DNA of 64,000 nt from a bacterium (GCA_016932575.1 JAFGCO010000011.1:10851-74850); one strand, 5' to 3'; shown: positions 9,434 through 19,975, counted from the stretch's first letter. Numbers and translations: made by a program. Notes: generated from the sequence alone by a model not told the origin.

Positions 9434-11290
9434 ATGAAAAAGAGTCTCATGGGGATTGTATTTTATGTCCTGTGCTTTTGGAGCCCGGGAAATTCCCTTG
9501 TTTTTTCCGAAGATATTGCTGCCCTGATCTGGAAGCTGTCTGCCGATCTGACTGTGACATCTATTGCGCCGACCAGTGATATTGACGGGGACAGTATACC
9601 GGACGTCTTTGTGGGATCGGCCGATCATCTGGTCTATTGCCTTTCCGGGAGCGTTATTCGTCAGGGCGAGATACTCTGGTCCTGGAATTTCGGTGCGCCT
9701 GTATGGACAGTGGCCTCTATTCCGGATATTAACAGAGACGGGGCGGATGACTGCCTGGTTGGGTGTGCTGACAATACCATATACTGCATGTCCGGAAATC
9801 CGGTTCAGGGCCTTTCGGAAATTTTGTGGTCGTACGGTGTGGACGGCGATATTTTTACGATAGCGGTTCTGAACGATCTGAATGATGATGGAATCGATGA
9901 CTGTGTGATGGGGACCAATGATGATCAGGTTTGCTGTCTTGACGGGGCATGGGGTCAGGTGCTCTGGTCCTACCGGGATCCGGCAGTTGGCGCCATCAAG
10001 TCGGTGAGTGCCATCTCCGATGTCAACAATGACGGACTGGATGACTGCCTGGCAGGCGGCGAGAATGACAAGGTGGTCTGTCTGTCCGGGGGCAGTACCG
10101 GAAATGGAGATCTGATCTGGTATTGCAATACCCAGAGCACCGTTCTTTCTGTCAACACTATTGAGGATGTGAATGAGGATAACAAGCCGGATTGCCTGGC
10201 AGGCGGAGAGGATAATTTTGTGTATTGTATATCCGGTAGCGGCTCGGGAAAAAATGATCCCCTCTGGCGCTGTGATATGGGCTCAACTGTAAAATCCGTT
10301 TCTTCTATTGCTGATGTCAATCAGGATGGCATATGGGATTGTCTGGCGGGCAGTGAGAGTTGGGACGATAATATTTATTGTATTTCCGGAGTCACTGGTC
10401 ACGTTCTGTGGTCAAATAAACTCCCCAGCAGTGTTCTCAGTGTGTGCTCCATTGATGATGTCAATGACAGCGGGTTTCATGATTGCATTGCAGGGTGTGA
10501 AAATGACCGGATCTATTGTCTTGAAGGAGGACAGGGAACAGCAATCTGGTCTTACGAGACAGGCGGTGCAGTGAACTGCGTGGTGACAGTGGCCGACCTG
10601 AACGGAAACCTGATTGATGACGTGTTAGGCGGGTCCACGGACAGCTATGTTTACGCTTTAGACGGGGGGGATATTTTAATCGAGGTTGTCAGTCCGCCGA
10701 TTGTTCCCACAGGACCATCCGGGGAAGTATCAGAAGGCAAAACCGGCAACCCAATGGTGCTCGTCACAGGCGGATCGGCCAGCAGTTTTCATCATCCGGT
10801 GGAATACCGGTTTGACTGGGGAGATGAAACGGTTTCGGTTTGGGGAGATTCGAGCCGGAGTCATATCTGGGAAGAGGCTGGCTCATATGAGGTCAGAGCG
10901 CAGGCCAGGTGTGCTCTTCATCCAACGGTACTCAGCGAGTGGTCTGATAATGTAATCGTGAAAATTGTTGAAAAGACACTTGTGAACCGCCATCCAGCAG
11001 AAGATGTGCCCATTCATTTCTGCCTTTATCAGAATTATCCGAATCCCTTTAATTTAATGACCACGATAGAATATCAGGTTCCAAAAGCCTGTCAGGTGAC
11101 CATTAATGTATACAGTATCCATAGTCACCTGATCGCATGCATTGTTGATGGATTTTTCGAGGCCGGGAATTATCGAATTAACTGGGAGGGGAGAACCTCT
11201 TCCGGCACCATCGCATCATCGGGCTGCTATATTTACTGCATGAAAGCCGGAGAATATATCGCGGTCAAAGACATGCTTCTGCTGAAATGA
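9434..11290 (+). CDS. Secreted FG-GAP/PQQ-like 8-bladed beta-propeller protein with PKD domain and YPNPFN (FlgD-Ig/T9SS-like) C-terminal domain
   Basis: Eight repeats of the form DxNxDGxxDCxxGxxDxxxYCxSG. YRFDWGD...HIWEEAGSYEV (PKD). QNYPNPFN...KDMLLLK tail. Confidence 0.8.
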   Translation: MKKSLMGIVFYVLCFWSPGNSLVFSEDIAALIWKLSADLTVTSIAPTSDIDGDSIPDVFVGSADHLVYCLSGSVIRQGEILWSWNFGAPVWTVASIPDINRDGADDCLVGCADNTIYCMSGNPVQGLSEILWSYGVDGDIFTIAVLNDLNDDGIDDCVMGTNDDQVCCLDGAWGQVLWSYRDPAVGAIKSVSAISDVNNDGLDDCLAGGENDKVVCLSGGSTGNGDLIWYCNTQSTVLSVNTIEDVNEDNKPDCLAGGEDNFVYCISGSGSGKNDPLWRCDMGSTVKSVSSIADVNQDGIWDCLAGSESWDDNIYCISGVTGHVLWSNKLPSSVLSVCSIDDVNDSGFHDCIAGCENDRIYCLEGGQGTAIWSYETGGAVNCVVTVADLNGNLIDDVLGGSTDSYVYALDGGDILIEVVSPPIVPTGPSGEVSEGKTGNPMVLVTGGSASSFHHPVEYRFDWGDETVSVWGDSSRSHIWEEAGSYEVRAQARCALHPTVLSEWSDNVIVKIVEKTLVNRHPAEDVPIHFCLYQNYPNPFNLMTTIEYQVPKACQVTINVYSIHSHLIACIVDGFFEAGNYRINWEGRTSSGTIASSGCYIYCMKAGEYIAVKDMLLLK

Positions 11291-11326
11291 TTGAAGAGAA
11301 AAACATTTTGGAAGGCTTTGGGAATA

Positions 11327-12445
11327 ATGAGCGGCAATAACCTCTTCAAAATCATGGTCGTCATGGGAACACGGCCGGAGGCCATTAAACTGGCGCCGGT
11401 TGTGCTTGAACTGAAAAAGCAGTCCGATATTCAGCCGGTTATCGTGGCCACTGCACAGCATCGGGAGATGCTGGATCAGGTGCTGGCCCATTTCCTGATT
11501 GCGCCTGATATGGATCTTGATCTCATGATTCCCGACCAGACCCTGTTTCATCTTACAGGAGCGGCCATTCATGGATTCGAAGCAGTTTTCCAAAAAATCA
11601 GGCCCGATTTGATTCTGGTACAGGGAGATACAACCACATCTTTCATCGGCGCACTGGCCGGATTTTATAAAAAAATCAGGGTCGGCCATGTGGAGGCAGG
11701 ACTCAGAACCGGCAACAAGTATTCTCCCTTTCCTGAAGAGATCAATCGAAAATTGGTTTCTGTACTTGCTGATTACCATTTTGCCCCCACGCCGGGCAAC
11801 CGAAAAAACCTGATCGCCGAAGGAGCCGCGCCCGAAAACATTATTGTCACCGGAAATACGGTGATCGATGCATTGCACCTGACCGTGGACGACAATTTCA
11901 CCTCAGAGATGCTCTCCTCACGGGATTATGACCGTTTTATCCTGATCACCGCCCACAGAAGAGAAAATTTCGGCAAACCCCTGGAAAACATCTGCGAGGC
12001 TGTCCGGCAAATGGCCATGCATCATTCAGACTGGATCTTTATGTATCCGGTTCATCTCAACAAAAATGTTCAGGAACCTGTCCGTCGTATACTCAGCGGT
12101 ATGCACAATGTCCATTTGGCCGATCCCATGGATTATTACACCTTTGCCAATTATATGGCCGCTTCCGATCTCATTCTGACAGATTCCGGAGGCATACAGG
12201 AGGAAGCGCCCAGTCTTGCAAAACCGGTTTTGGTTTTAAGAGATGAAACCGAAAGGCCAGAAGCAGTCGAAGCCGGTACAGTGAAAATCATTGGAACGAA
12301 CCTAAAGACGATTATTTCAGAGACGGAATATCTTCTGAAGAACAAAGAGGCATATGAACAGATGACCAGGGCTCATAATCCATACGGCGACGGTAAAGCA
12401 TCGGAAAGAATCGTGACGTTTATTCGAAATACAATCATGTCATAG
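11327..12445 (+). CDS. wecB: UDP-N-acetylglucosamine 2-epimerase (non-hydrolysing)
   Basis: GTRPEAIK, VQGDTTT, HVEAGLRT, PFPEEINR, TAHRREN, DSGGIQEEAP, TERPEA, NPYGDG. ATG 11327 is preferred over TTG 11291. Confidence 0.96.
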   Translation: MSGNNLFKIMVVMGTRPEAIKLAPVVLELKKQSDIQPVIVATAQHREMLDQVLAHFLIAPDMDLDLMIPDQTLFHLTGAAIHGFEAVFQKIRPDLILVQGDTTTSFIGALAGFYKKIRVGHVEAGLRTGNKYSPFPEEINRKLVSVLADYHFAPTPGNRKNLIAEGAAPENIIVTGNTVIDALHLTVDDNFTSEMLSSRDYDRFILITAHRRENFGKPLENICEAVRQMAMHHSDWIFMYPVHLNKNVQEPVRRILSGMHNVHLADPMDYYTFANYMAASDLILTDSGGIQEEAPSLAKPVLVLRDETERPEAVEAGTVKIIGTNLKTIISETEYLLKNKEAYEQMTRAHNPYGDGKASERIVTFIRNTIMS

Positions 12446-12492
12446 ATGTATCATTGCTCTAATTGAATAAACCAGTGACAATACTGAATTAT

Positions 12493-14421
12493 TTATATTT
12501 TTGTTTTCATGGCGGTTCGGATTTTTTGCAGTAATGCGACCATCGTATAGGGCTTTTCCAAAAGGGGATACGCCTTCTTTTGAATGTCAGACCATTTGGA
12601 GCTGTATTCAGGATAGCCGCTGGTCAATAAAATGTGAATATCCGGCTTTTTAGCCAATAATGTTTCAACAAGTTCAACCCCGCTTTCACCGGACAATTCC
12701 ACATCACTGAAAACCAGATCAAAACTACCATTTTCTTTATCGAAAACTTCCATGGCCTCTTTGACATTGGCGGCCGCAAAGGTGATAAAATTGTTTTTGA
12801 TTAAAGCTTTTTCCATAAAGGTTCTGACTTTTTTATCATCTTCAACAAAAAGAATACGTTCACCGTTTCCCTTAAGAGACTGGATGGGCAGTTCTTTATT
12901 TGTTTCAATATCCGGATGTTTCGGAACTGCCTCAAAATAGATATTGAAGGTGGTTCCCGTTGCCGGTTTGCTTTTCACTTCAATCCATCCGTTGTGTTCC
13001 TTCACAATACCAAATATCACGGCCAATCCCAGACCTGTCCCCTTATCATGCTTTTTGGTGGTGAAAAAAGGCTCAAAAATACGTTCCAGGGTTTTTTTAT
13101 GCATGCCAACACCCGTGTCCGTTATTGAGAGGCAGACAAAATGACCGGGTCTGGCTTCGGTACTTAGACTGCTTTGCTTCTCAGAGATGGTCACATGCTT
13201 GGTTTCAATGGTCAGCGTGCCGCCTTCGGGCATTGCGTCCCGGGCATTCATGGACATATTCAGGAGAATTTGTTCCAGAGTGCCTTTATCTGCTTTGACG
13301 GAGCACAGATCCTGAAGCAGGGATTCTTTGATCTTAATATGTTCTCCAATCAATCGGCGAATCATATTGGTCATATTTTTAATCAGGACGTTTAAATCGA
13401 GAACCTCAAATGACATGGGCTTGTTGCAACTGAAGACCAACAGTTTGCGTGTTAAATCGGCAGCCTGATCCGCAGAATCCTGAATTTGCTGAATGAATTG
13501 ATAAAGGTTGGACTGCTGTGCCAGGTCCGGAAGGATCAGTTCTGTTGTCCCCCGAATGGCAGTTAAAATATTGTTGAAATCGTGTGCGACACCTCCTGCC
13601 AGGGCTCCTATAGCATCCATCTTGCAAGCCTGTCTGAGCTGCTCTTCCATTTGTTTTTTTTCTGTGATGTTCCGAAAAACCAATACGACACCATTGAGTT
13701 TGCCGCGATCATCCCTGATGGGTGCTGCATTGTCATCAATCGGTATTTTTTTGCCGTTTTTCGCGATGAGCAATGTATTGTTGGTCAGGGAAACGGGCTT
13801 CCCTGTATTCAGCACCGTTCCGACCGGGTCGTTCACCCACTCTGTTTCGTTATCGTTGGTAATATGAAATACCATATTTATGTTTTTACCTATGCCTTCT
13901 TTCTGTGACCATCCGGTCAGTTTTTCTGCACCGGGATTCATAGAAACAATGGATCCTTTCCTGTCTGTTGTGATTACCGCATCGCCGATACAATTTAAGG
14001 TGGTGGAAAGCCATTCTTCATTTGCTTTGAGCTTCTTTTCCATCTCATGCTTATAGAGAGAGATTTCAATGGATGAACTTACCTCTCTCTCATCCAGAGG
14101 CTTCAGTATGTACCCGTAAGGTTCAGCTCGTTTTGCTCTTGTTAAAGTCTGTTTGTCTGAATAGGCTGTTAAAAAAACAACCGGGATATCATAATGCTCA
14201 TGGATATATTCAGCAGCATCGAGCCCTCCCATTTCATCACCCAGCATGATATCCATTAATACCAGATCAGGCCGGTTGGATTGAGTTGATTGAATGGCAG
14301 CTTCTTTTGACCTGACTGAATCGGTGACATGATAACCCAGGTCCTCCAGTCTTTCCTGGATCTCCAGGGCAATAATGTGCTCATCTTCAACAACCAGTAT
14401 TTTTTTCTTATCGGTATTCAT
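12493..14421 (-). CDS. Hybrid sensor histidine kinase REC-PAS-HisKA-HATPase-REC
   Basis: N-terminal REC (LVLMDI), PAS (DAVITTD...APIRD..G.VLVFRNITE), AHDFNNIL, NARDAM, DTGVG, GTGLGL, C-terminal REC (LVFSDV). Confidence 0.93.
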   Translation of the reverse strand: MNTDKKKILVVEDEHIIALEIQERLEDLGYHVTDSVRSKEAAIQSTQSNRPDLVLMDIMLGDEMGGLDAAEYIHEHYDIPVVFLTAYSDKQTLTRAKRAEPYGYILKPLDEREVSSSIEISLYKHEMEKKLKANEEWLSTTLNCIGDAVITTDRKGSIVSMNPGAEKLTGWSQKEGIGKNINMVFHITNDNETEWVNDPVGTVLNTGKPVSLTNNTLLIAKNGKKIPIDDNAAPIRDDRGKLNGVVLVFRNITEKKQMEEQLRQACKMDAIGALAGGVAHDFNNILTAIRGTTELILPDLAQQSNLYQFIQQIQDSADQAADLTRKLLVFSCNKPMSFEVLDLNVLIKNMTNMIRRLIGEHIKIKESLLQDLCSVKADKGTLEQILLNMSMNARDAMPEGGTLTIETKHVTISEKQSSLSTEARPGHFVCLSITDTGVGMHKKTLERIFEPFFTTKKHDKGTGLGLAVIFGIVKEHNGWIEVKSKPATGTTFNIYFEAVPKHPDIETNKELPIQSLKGNGERILFVEDDKKVRTFMEKALIKNNFITFAAANVKEAMEVFDKENGSFDLVFSDVELSGESGVELVETLLAKKPDIHILLTSGYPEYSSKWSDIQKKAYPLLEKPYTMVALLQKIRTAMKTKI

Positions 14422-14443
14422 GATTCGCCTCTTTATTTATAGA

Positions 14444-15865
14444 TCATATTTCGAAAATAATTTTATATTCTGTTCCATTGTTTCGGTTGATTTCCATCAT
14501 GCCATCCAGCTGTTTAATTAAAGTATTGACAAGCCGCAATCCCAGGGTGTTCACATTTTTCATATCAATTTCATCAGGCATTCCAATGCCATTGTCCTTT
14601 ACATCAATAATGGCCCGGTCGCTGTCGATAGTATCTATTTTAATCTTGATCTCCCCTTTGCGGGCATTCGGGAAGGCATGTTTCAGGGAGTTTGATATCA
14701 GTTCATTGATGATCAATCCACAGGGAATGGCCTTGTCAATATTGATTTCGAAATTACCGATTTCCTTATGAATAGAGATATTTAATGAACTAACACGATA
14801 TGACTTGATTAAATAGGATGTCAGACTGCTTATATATTTGGAAAAATCAATATGAACAATATCCTCTGACTGGTACAGTTTTTCATGAATTAATGCCATC
14901 GCTTTAATTCGGTTTTGGCTTTCTTTGAACATTTCTAAAGCTTCATTATTTTTGATTTTCTTGGACTGGAGAAAAAGCAGACTGGAAATAACCTGCAGGT
15001 TGTTTTTAACACGATGGTGAATTTCTTTTAGAAGAATTTCCTTTTCTTCCAGGGAAGCCTTTATTTTTTTCTCTGCACTTTTACGCTGAATCAGCTCTTC
15101 GTGCAATTGCCTTGCCCGGTTCTCAAGTTCATGGCTGGCATTTTGAAGCGCAATATTTTGATTCTGAATTTGTGTCAGCATTTCATTAAACTGCTCAGTG
15201 AAAAAACCCAATTCATCTTCACTTGATTTTTGTGCACGGACTGAATAATCCTGATTCAGGGAAATTTTTTGGGCAACCTTTGCAAGGTGTAAGATGGGTT
15301 CAGAGACAACGCGCTGTAACCGGGTTGTCATCAGGAAACTGACTAAAATCGCCACGAGCAATACCAAAATCACAATAATAAAATTTCGCCTGAGCCTGGC
15401 TTTAATTTCTTCCAGACTTGATTGGATATATACCTTTCCTATTTTTTCCTGATCCAGCATAATATCCCTGTATATAACAAAGTGGTCTTTGTAAAAATAA
15501 GCGCCGTTCTCCTTTGGCATGGGCGGCAAAGACTGAATATCCACACCTTCAATTTTGTACTTTGCAAAAATTTTATCGTTCTTATCATAGATGGCGGCAA
15601 AAAGAATATATTTTTCTGCTTTTAATAAAATGGACAGGGTTTCCTTGGCATCATCTTCATTATCAAAAATTAGTGCTGCAGTGCAGTGATTTCCAATAAT
15701 CTCCGCGAGTGTATCCATCTTATGTTTAATGACTTCCCGATAATTGAGCTGATCTGAAGTGATTAAGGCAGCACAAGCAATAAGAAGCGCAACACTGCTG
15801 CTGAACATTGTGATTGCTGTCAGCTTCTGTTTGATAAAAAGCTTATGGAAAAGCTGCTTTTTCAT
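14444..15865 (-). CDS. Membrane histidine kinase: YfiN-like (CHASE8-type) periplasmic sensor, HAMP, HisKA_2, HATPase
   Basis: Two TMs flank LAEII...[15 protein letters not shown]...IYD...[46 protein letters not shown]. Confidence 0.9.
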   Translation of the reverse strand: MKKQLFHKLFIKQKLTAITMFSSSVALLIACAALITSDQLNYREVIKHKMDTLAEIIGNHCTAALIFDNEDDAKETLSILLKAEKYILFAAIYDKNDKIFAKYKIEGVDIQSLPPMPKENGAYFYKDHFVIYRDIMLDQEKIGKVYIQSSLEEIKARLRRNFIIVILVLLVAILVSFLMTTRLQRVVSEPILHLAKVAQKISLNQDYSVRAQKSSEDELGFFTEQFNEMLTQIQNQNIALQNASHELENRARQLHEELIQRKSAEKKIKASLEEKEILLKEIHHRVKNNLQVISSLLFLQSKKIKNNEALEMFKESQNRIKAMALIHEKLYQSEDIVHIDFSKYISSLTSYLIKSYRVSSLNISIHKEIGNFEINIDKAIPCGLIINELISNSLKHAFPNARKGEIKIKIDTIDSDRAIIDVKDNGIGMPDEIDMKNVNTLGLRLVNTLIKQLDGMMEINRNNGTEYKIIFEI

Positions 15866-15871
15866 TTCATT

Positions 15872-16444
15872 CTATTCAAGTGAAGGTTCTGGAATATCTG
15901 CCATTTTCAACAGTTTTGTACTCATCTTTAAACCGGACTGTTTAACAGCTTCGCTGTTGATTTCAAAGCGTATCTTTTTTTTCTTGATAATAAAATTAAT
16001 CATTCCGCCATCTTTGGAAAAATTGGTTTCATCACCCACTGTAAGAATACTGTTATTTTTAATTTTACTGAATATTTGAGACCGCCGGTCTCTGTTGTCC
16101 ACACCAATGAACAGGATATGGCAAGACGACAAATCTTCCAGATTCTGATAGCGCCTGATTCTGAACTCTCGATTTTTTATTTGTTTCCCCTCAATGGTTT
16201 TTTCCAGATCAATGCCATAAGGATCACTGCCGATAATACCAATCACAAACGGTGAATCCGGATTATTGAATGATTCTTCGGGCCAATCCACAAATCTTGC
16301 AAAATTATACAGATATTTGGCCTTGATCTGATACTCTGTCGGAATGACAGTAAATCCCATTTGTGAATAACTATTTGATCCCCCAAGAATTATGATAAAT
16401 ACGGTAAAACATCGGATTGAAATGATGTTAATTTTAGGTAACAT
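15872..16444 (-). CDS. yfiR: YfiR/HmsC (DUF4154) family periplasmic regulator
   Basis: EYQIKAKYLYNFARFVDWP, ILTVGD..F...GGMINF, RFEIN..AV..SGLKMSTKLLKMA. The alternative TTG start is at 16477. Confidence 0.9.
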   Translation of the reverse strand: MLPKINIISIRCFTVFIIILGGSNSYSQMGFTVIPTEYQIKAKYLYNFARFVDWPEESFNNPDSPFVIGIIGSDPYGIDLEKTIEGKQIKNREFRIRRYQNLEDLSSCHILFIGVDNRDRRSQIFSKIKNNSILTVGDETNFSKDGGMINFIIKKKKIRFEINSEAVKQSGLKMSTKLLKMADIPEPSLE

Positions 16445-16771
16445 ATGTTCTATTTTTGAAATATTTTTCAATTCCAATCAACCCATAAAACATTAATAAA
16501 CAAGATATTATTTCTAAAAATCAATAATAAATCACAATGTTTTATGAAAATCTCTTTTTCATTATGGAATCATGATCCTTTTTATCTCAATTTCATATCC
16601 AGGGGGATTGTTCAGCTGCAGTCGCAGAATGAAGGGATGATAAATCCAGATTTTCCAATAAGGTTACACAGTAAACAAATTTAATCAATGGTGAAGGAGA
16701 AGTTTTATGCTCATCCTTTTCCCCGGTTCCGATATCCTGTTTTTATTAAAACCTGTATTTTTTATGAAATG

Positions 16772-16787
16772 TGCAAACGATATGCCA
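16772..16787 (-). promoter_or_regulatory. sigma54 (-24/-12) promoter of the yfiR-kinase operon
   Basis: Reverse complement TGGCATATCGTTTGCA matches TGGCAY-N5-TTGCA and points toward yfiR. Confidence 0.75.
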
Positions 16788-17190
16788 GGTTGATATGTGA
16801 ATAACAGGGTAATGTCTATATTCAATTGAATACCGTGTTGCACAGCAGGCGGCCTGCTTTGGTATTGCAGTTAATCAAAATTAAGGACATATGGCACGGC
16901 TGCCGGTTTTTTAAGGGGAGCCATAATTTCATAAAATAATCAGTCAATTTCAGTAATATCAGTTCAATAAAGGCCTTTCTATTTTGGATGATGTCGTCAT
17001 GCCGGCATATTTACATGTCATTCCTTCGATGACGAAACAGCGAACCTGACCTGGCATTATAGTAAAAGATTATGTTTGATAAGAAATAAATAATTAATTA
17101 CATTTACTTGACGAGTACCATCAACAGGGTGTTTTGCTTTGTGTTTCCAATGAGTAAAAATCGATAAATATTTATACCTGAAGCCATGAT

Positions 17191-17706
17191 ATGAAAAACA
17201 AACACACCAAAGAAGCAGCATACTGGATCGAAAAACTCGACCTGAAACCGCATCCGGAAGGCGGGCATTACCGCGAAGTGTTCGCCGGATCGGACCAAAT
17301 CCGGGCCGATGCCCTGCCCCCCGGATTCACTGGCCCGAGAAAAACATACACCTCCATTTACTTTTTACTGGAAAGCCATCAGATTTCACGTCTTCATCGT
17401 TTAAAGTCGGACGAACTCTGGAACTTTTATTCAGGCAGTCCGATTCGGATTCACGTCATCAGGCCTGACGGAACCCATGAAGAGCGTATACTCGGGCCCG
17501 ATCCGGAAAATGGAGAGGCATTTCAGTATTGTGTTCCGTCCGGATGCTGGTTTGGAAGCCTGGTTAGTGAACCCCAAAGCTACGCACTGGCCGGCTGTTT
17601 CGTCGCGCCGGGATTTGATTTTCAGGATTTTGAACTGGGAAGCAGGGAGTCCCTGATCCATACGTTTCCTGAGCACAAGACGATTATCCAGAAATTGACG
17701 TCTTGA
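17191..17706 (+). CDS. Cupin domain protein (DUF985/Cupin_5)
   Basis: LKPHPEGGHYRE, TSIYFLL, LHRLKSDELWNFY, GCFVAPGFDFQDFEL. Confidence 0.93.
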   Translation: MKNKHTKEAAYWIEKLDLKPHPEGGHYREVFAGSDQIRADALPPGFTGPRKTYTSIYFLLESHQISRLHRLKSDELWNFYSGSPIRIHVIRPDGTHEERILGPDPENGEAFQYCVPSGCWFGSLVSEPQSYALAGCFVAPGFDFQDFELGSRESLIHTFPEHKTIIQKLTS

Positions 17707-17847
17707 ACCATTCATTCCGGCTCAAAAAGGATTTCCATAAAGACAAACAATGCTGAAACCCAATACTTGAACAATGATGCATGATATGCCCTTAAGCAGC
17801 GCTGTTATTTTTTAAAAAATGAATTTATCGTGGGAGGTTAAGACCGA

Positions 17848-18585
17848 ATGGATAAACAAAATGCCTTTTCCACTCACTCCTCATGGAATCATTATTATAA
17901 ATTATGCGGAGTGACGACCCTACTCATGATGATACTTTTTTTATTTGACGTGATAATATGGAGCGTGTTCGGGCCGTACCCAGACTCCGCCGAGGGTTGG
18001 TTCAATCTATTACAGCAAAATCGATTGCTCGGTTTGTCGTTGCTTTCGTTTCCGACTCTTTTGGGTATCATCTTGTATTATATGACATTTCTTGGTCTGT
18101 ACAATCTTTTAAAGAAAATTGAACCGGCTTTTGCATCTCTGGCATTGCTTCTTTCCTTTACAGGTTTGACAATTTTAATAATTACCAATATGGCTTATCC
18201 ACTGGTTCAATTAAATGATCAATATGGTTCTGCCACCTCTGAGGCACAGAAAATGTTATTGATAACAGCAGGCGAGATAAAAATCGTGACTGCTGTGACA
18301 GGTTCGAAGATTGGCGGATTCTTTGCGGAAGGAGCTGCTGTTATTTTTTCAATTCTTATGTTTAAAGATCCTGTTTTCGGTAAAACAGCTGGCTGGCTTG
18401 GCGTCATTGGCCATGGTCTTGATTTTATTCGAATCATTATGACCTTGACCTTCTTGCCGGAGAATATCGGAGCAATACTTTTAATGATCGGCGGTCTGCC
18501 TCAATTTATCTGGTTGATTATTGTAGGAATCAAATTTATTCATTTAGGGCAATTAAAACGAGCACCTGCAACAATCGTGAACTGA
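17848..18585 (+). CDS. Integral membrane protein, DUF4386-like
   Basis: About six hydrophobic helices; pattern LNDQY..A.SEAQK..L..AGE...FGK..GWLG; GGGAGG RBS. Confidence 0.6.
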   Translation: MDKQNAFSTHSSWNHYYKLCGVTTLLMMILFLFDVIIWSVFGPYPDSAEGWFNLLQQNRLLGLSLLSFPTLLGIILYYMTFLGLYNLLKKIEPAFASLALLLSFTGLTILIITNMAYPLVQLNDQYGSATSEAQKMLLITAGEIKIVTAVTGSKIGGFFAEGAAVIFSILMFKDPVFGKTAGWLGVIGHGLDFIRIIMTLTFLPENIGAILLMIGGLPQFIWLIIVGIKFIHLGQLKRAPATIVN

Positions 18586-18694
18586 ATTTATATGTTTAAA
18601 TAAACAAAGGGCCAACGCCGGACCGGTAAATACGGTGCATGATCCCGAATCGATGAGACAATTTTTAAATAAAATTTAAGGAGGATACCCGACA

Positions 18695-19975
18695 ATGTCA
18701 AAAAAACCTTGTATGCAAAAAATCTCCGATTCCAGGCGTTTTCCGTGGATTCATCATTTACTCAGGTTCTCAGCCGTTTCAGCCGGTCTGATGCTTTTCT
18801 GGATCGTCTGTTGTGATCCTTCACCGACTAACGCCTCCGGCCTGAAGTGGGTCGGAACCTGGGGGACTGCACAACAGCTGGTTGAACCGCGCAATATGCC
18901 TCCGAAAAAACCCGGATTGAGCAACAACACACTCCGGCAAATCGTTCAGGTTTCAGTAGGCGGAAAACAATTGAGGGTGAAATTCTCAAATAAATTCAGT
19001 ACGAGCCCTGTAACAATGAAATCGACACATATTGCTGTCTCAAGGGAAGGCAGCACGATTGATACGGAAACGGAGCAGGTACTGTTATTCGAAGGAGAAC
19101 CGGAAGTGACCATGGAGCCGGGTGCTGCCGTAACGTCAGATTTATGTAATTTTCTGCTGAAACCGCGATCCCGTGTGGCAATCACAATTTACTTTGGCGA
19201 GACGTCACCGGACGTGACGGGTCATCCGGGATCGCGGACCACCTCTTATCTGCTTGAAGGAAATAAAGTTTCTGCTGAAAACTTCCCGGATGCCGCACAA
19301 ACAGATCACTGGTACGTCATCGACGGCATCGATGTCAGGGTACCGGAAGCCGCTGCTGCCGTCGCTGTATTGGGCAATTCCATCACCGACGGACGCGGTT
19401 CGGGTACAAACAGGCAAAATCGCTGGCCGGATGAACTGGCGCGCCGCCTTCAGGAAAATCCCGGAACGCTACTGGTGGCTGTTCTAAACATGGGAGTCGG
19501 GGGCAATTGTGTGCTTCGTCAGTGTCTTGGTCCCTCTGCCCTGAATCGCTTCGGCCGCGATGTGAAAGAACGGGCCGGGGTGCGCTGGTTAATCATCCTT
19601 GAGGGAATCAACGACATTGGAGGAACGCAGGATGCAGCGGAAGCAGACTCTGTGGCAGACAATCTGATCGCCGCGTTCGAACAGATGATCGACCAGGCTC
19701 AAAACGAAGATATTCTTGTATACGGAGCGACACTGCTTCCATTCGGCGGATCTTTTTATGATACGGAGTACCGTGAAGCGGCGAGAAAAACCGTCAACGA
19801 ATGGATCCGGAACAGCGGTCGTTTCAATGCTGTGATTGATTTCGATGCAGCCATGCGTGATCCTGAGAATCCTTTGTACCTTTTGCCTGAGGCGGATACG
19901 GGTGATCATCTCCATCCAAACGAGACAGGCCACAGGATGATGGCCGAGGCGGTTGACCTGACACTTTTTCAGTGA
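18695..19975 (+). CDS. Exported SGNH/GDSL hydrolase (carbohydrate esterase-like)
   Basis: WVGTW N-domain, LGNSITDG (block I), GVGGN, LEGINDI, GDHLHPN (catalytic DxxH); signal/lipoprotein-like N-terminus. Confidence 0.92.
   Translation: MSKKPCMQKISDSRRFPWIHHLLRFSAVSAGLMLFWIVCCDPSPTNASGLKWVGTWGTAQQLVEPRNMPPKKPGLSNNTLRQIVQVSVGGKQLRVKFSNKFSTSPVTMKSTHIAVSREGSTIDTETEQVLLFEGEPEVTMEPGAAVTSDLCNFLLKPRSRVAITIYFGETSPDVTGHPGSRTTSYLLEGNKVSAENFPDAAQTDHWYVIDGIDVRVPEAAAAVAVLGNSITDGRGSGTNRQNRWPDELARRLQENPGTLLVAVLNMGVGGNCVLRQCLGPSALNRFGRDVKERAGVRWLIILEGINDIGGTQDAAEADSVADNLIAAFEQMIDQAQNEDILVYGATLLPFGGSFYDTEYREAARKTVNEWIRNSGRFNAVIDFDAAMRDPENPLYLLPEADTGDHLHPNETGHRMMAEAVDLTLFQ

Noticed and set aside
9540..10670. 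Repeated ~150-nt units as a possible CRISPR or DNA repeat array
   Set aside because: The repeats are degenerate and codon-level: they are propeller blades within one ORF, with no identical direct repeats or spacers.
14444..15865. yfiN diguanylate cyclase
   Set aside because: There is no GGDEF domain; the output is HisKA_2/HATPase.
16891..16906. TGGCACGGCTGCCGG as another sigma54 promoter
   Set aside because: There is no GC at the -12 position.
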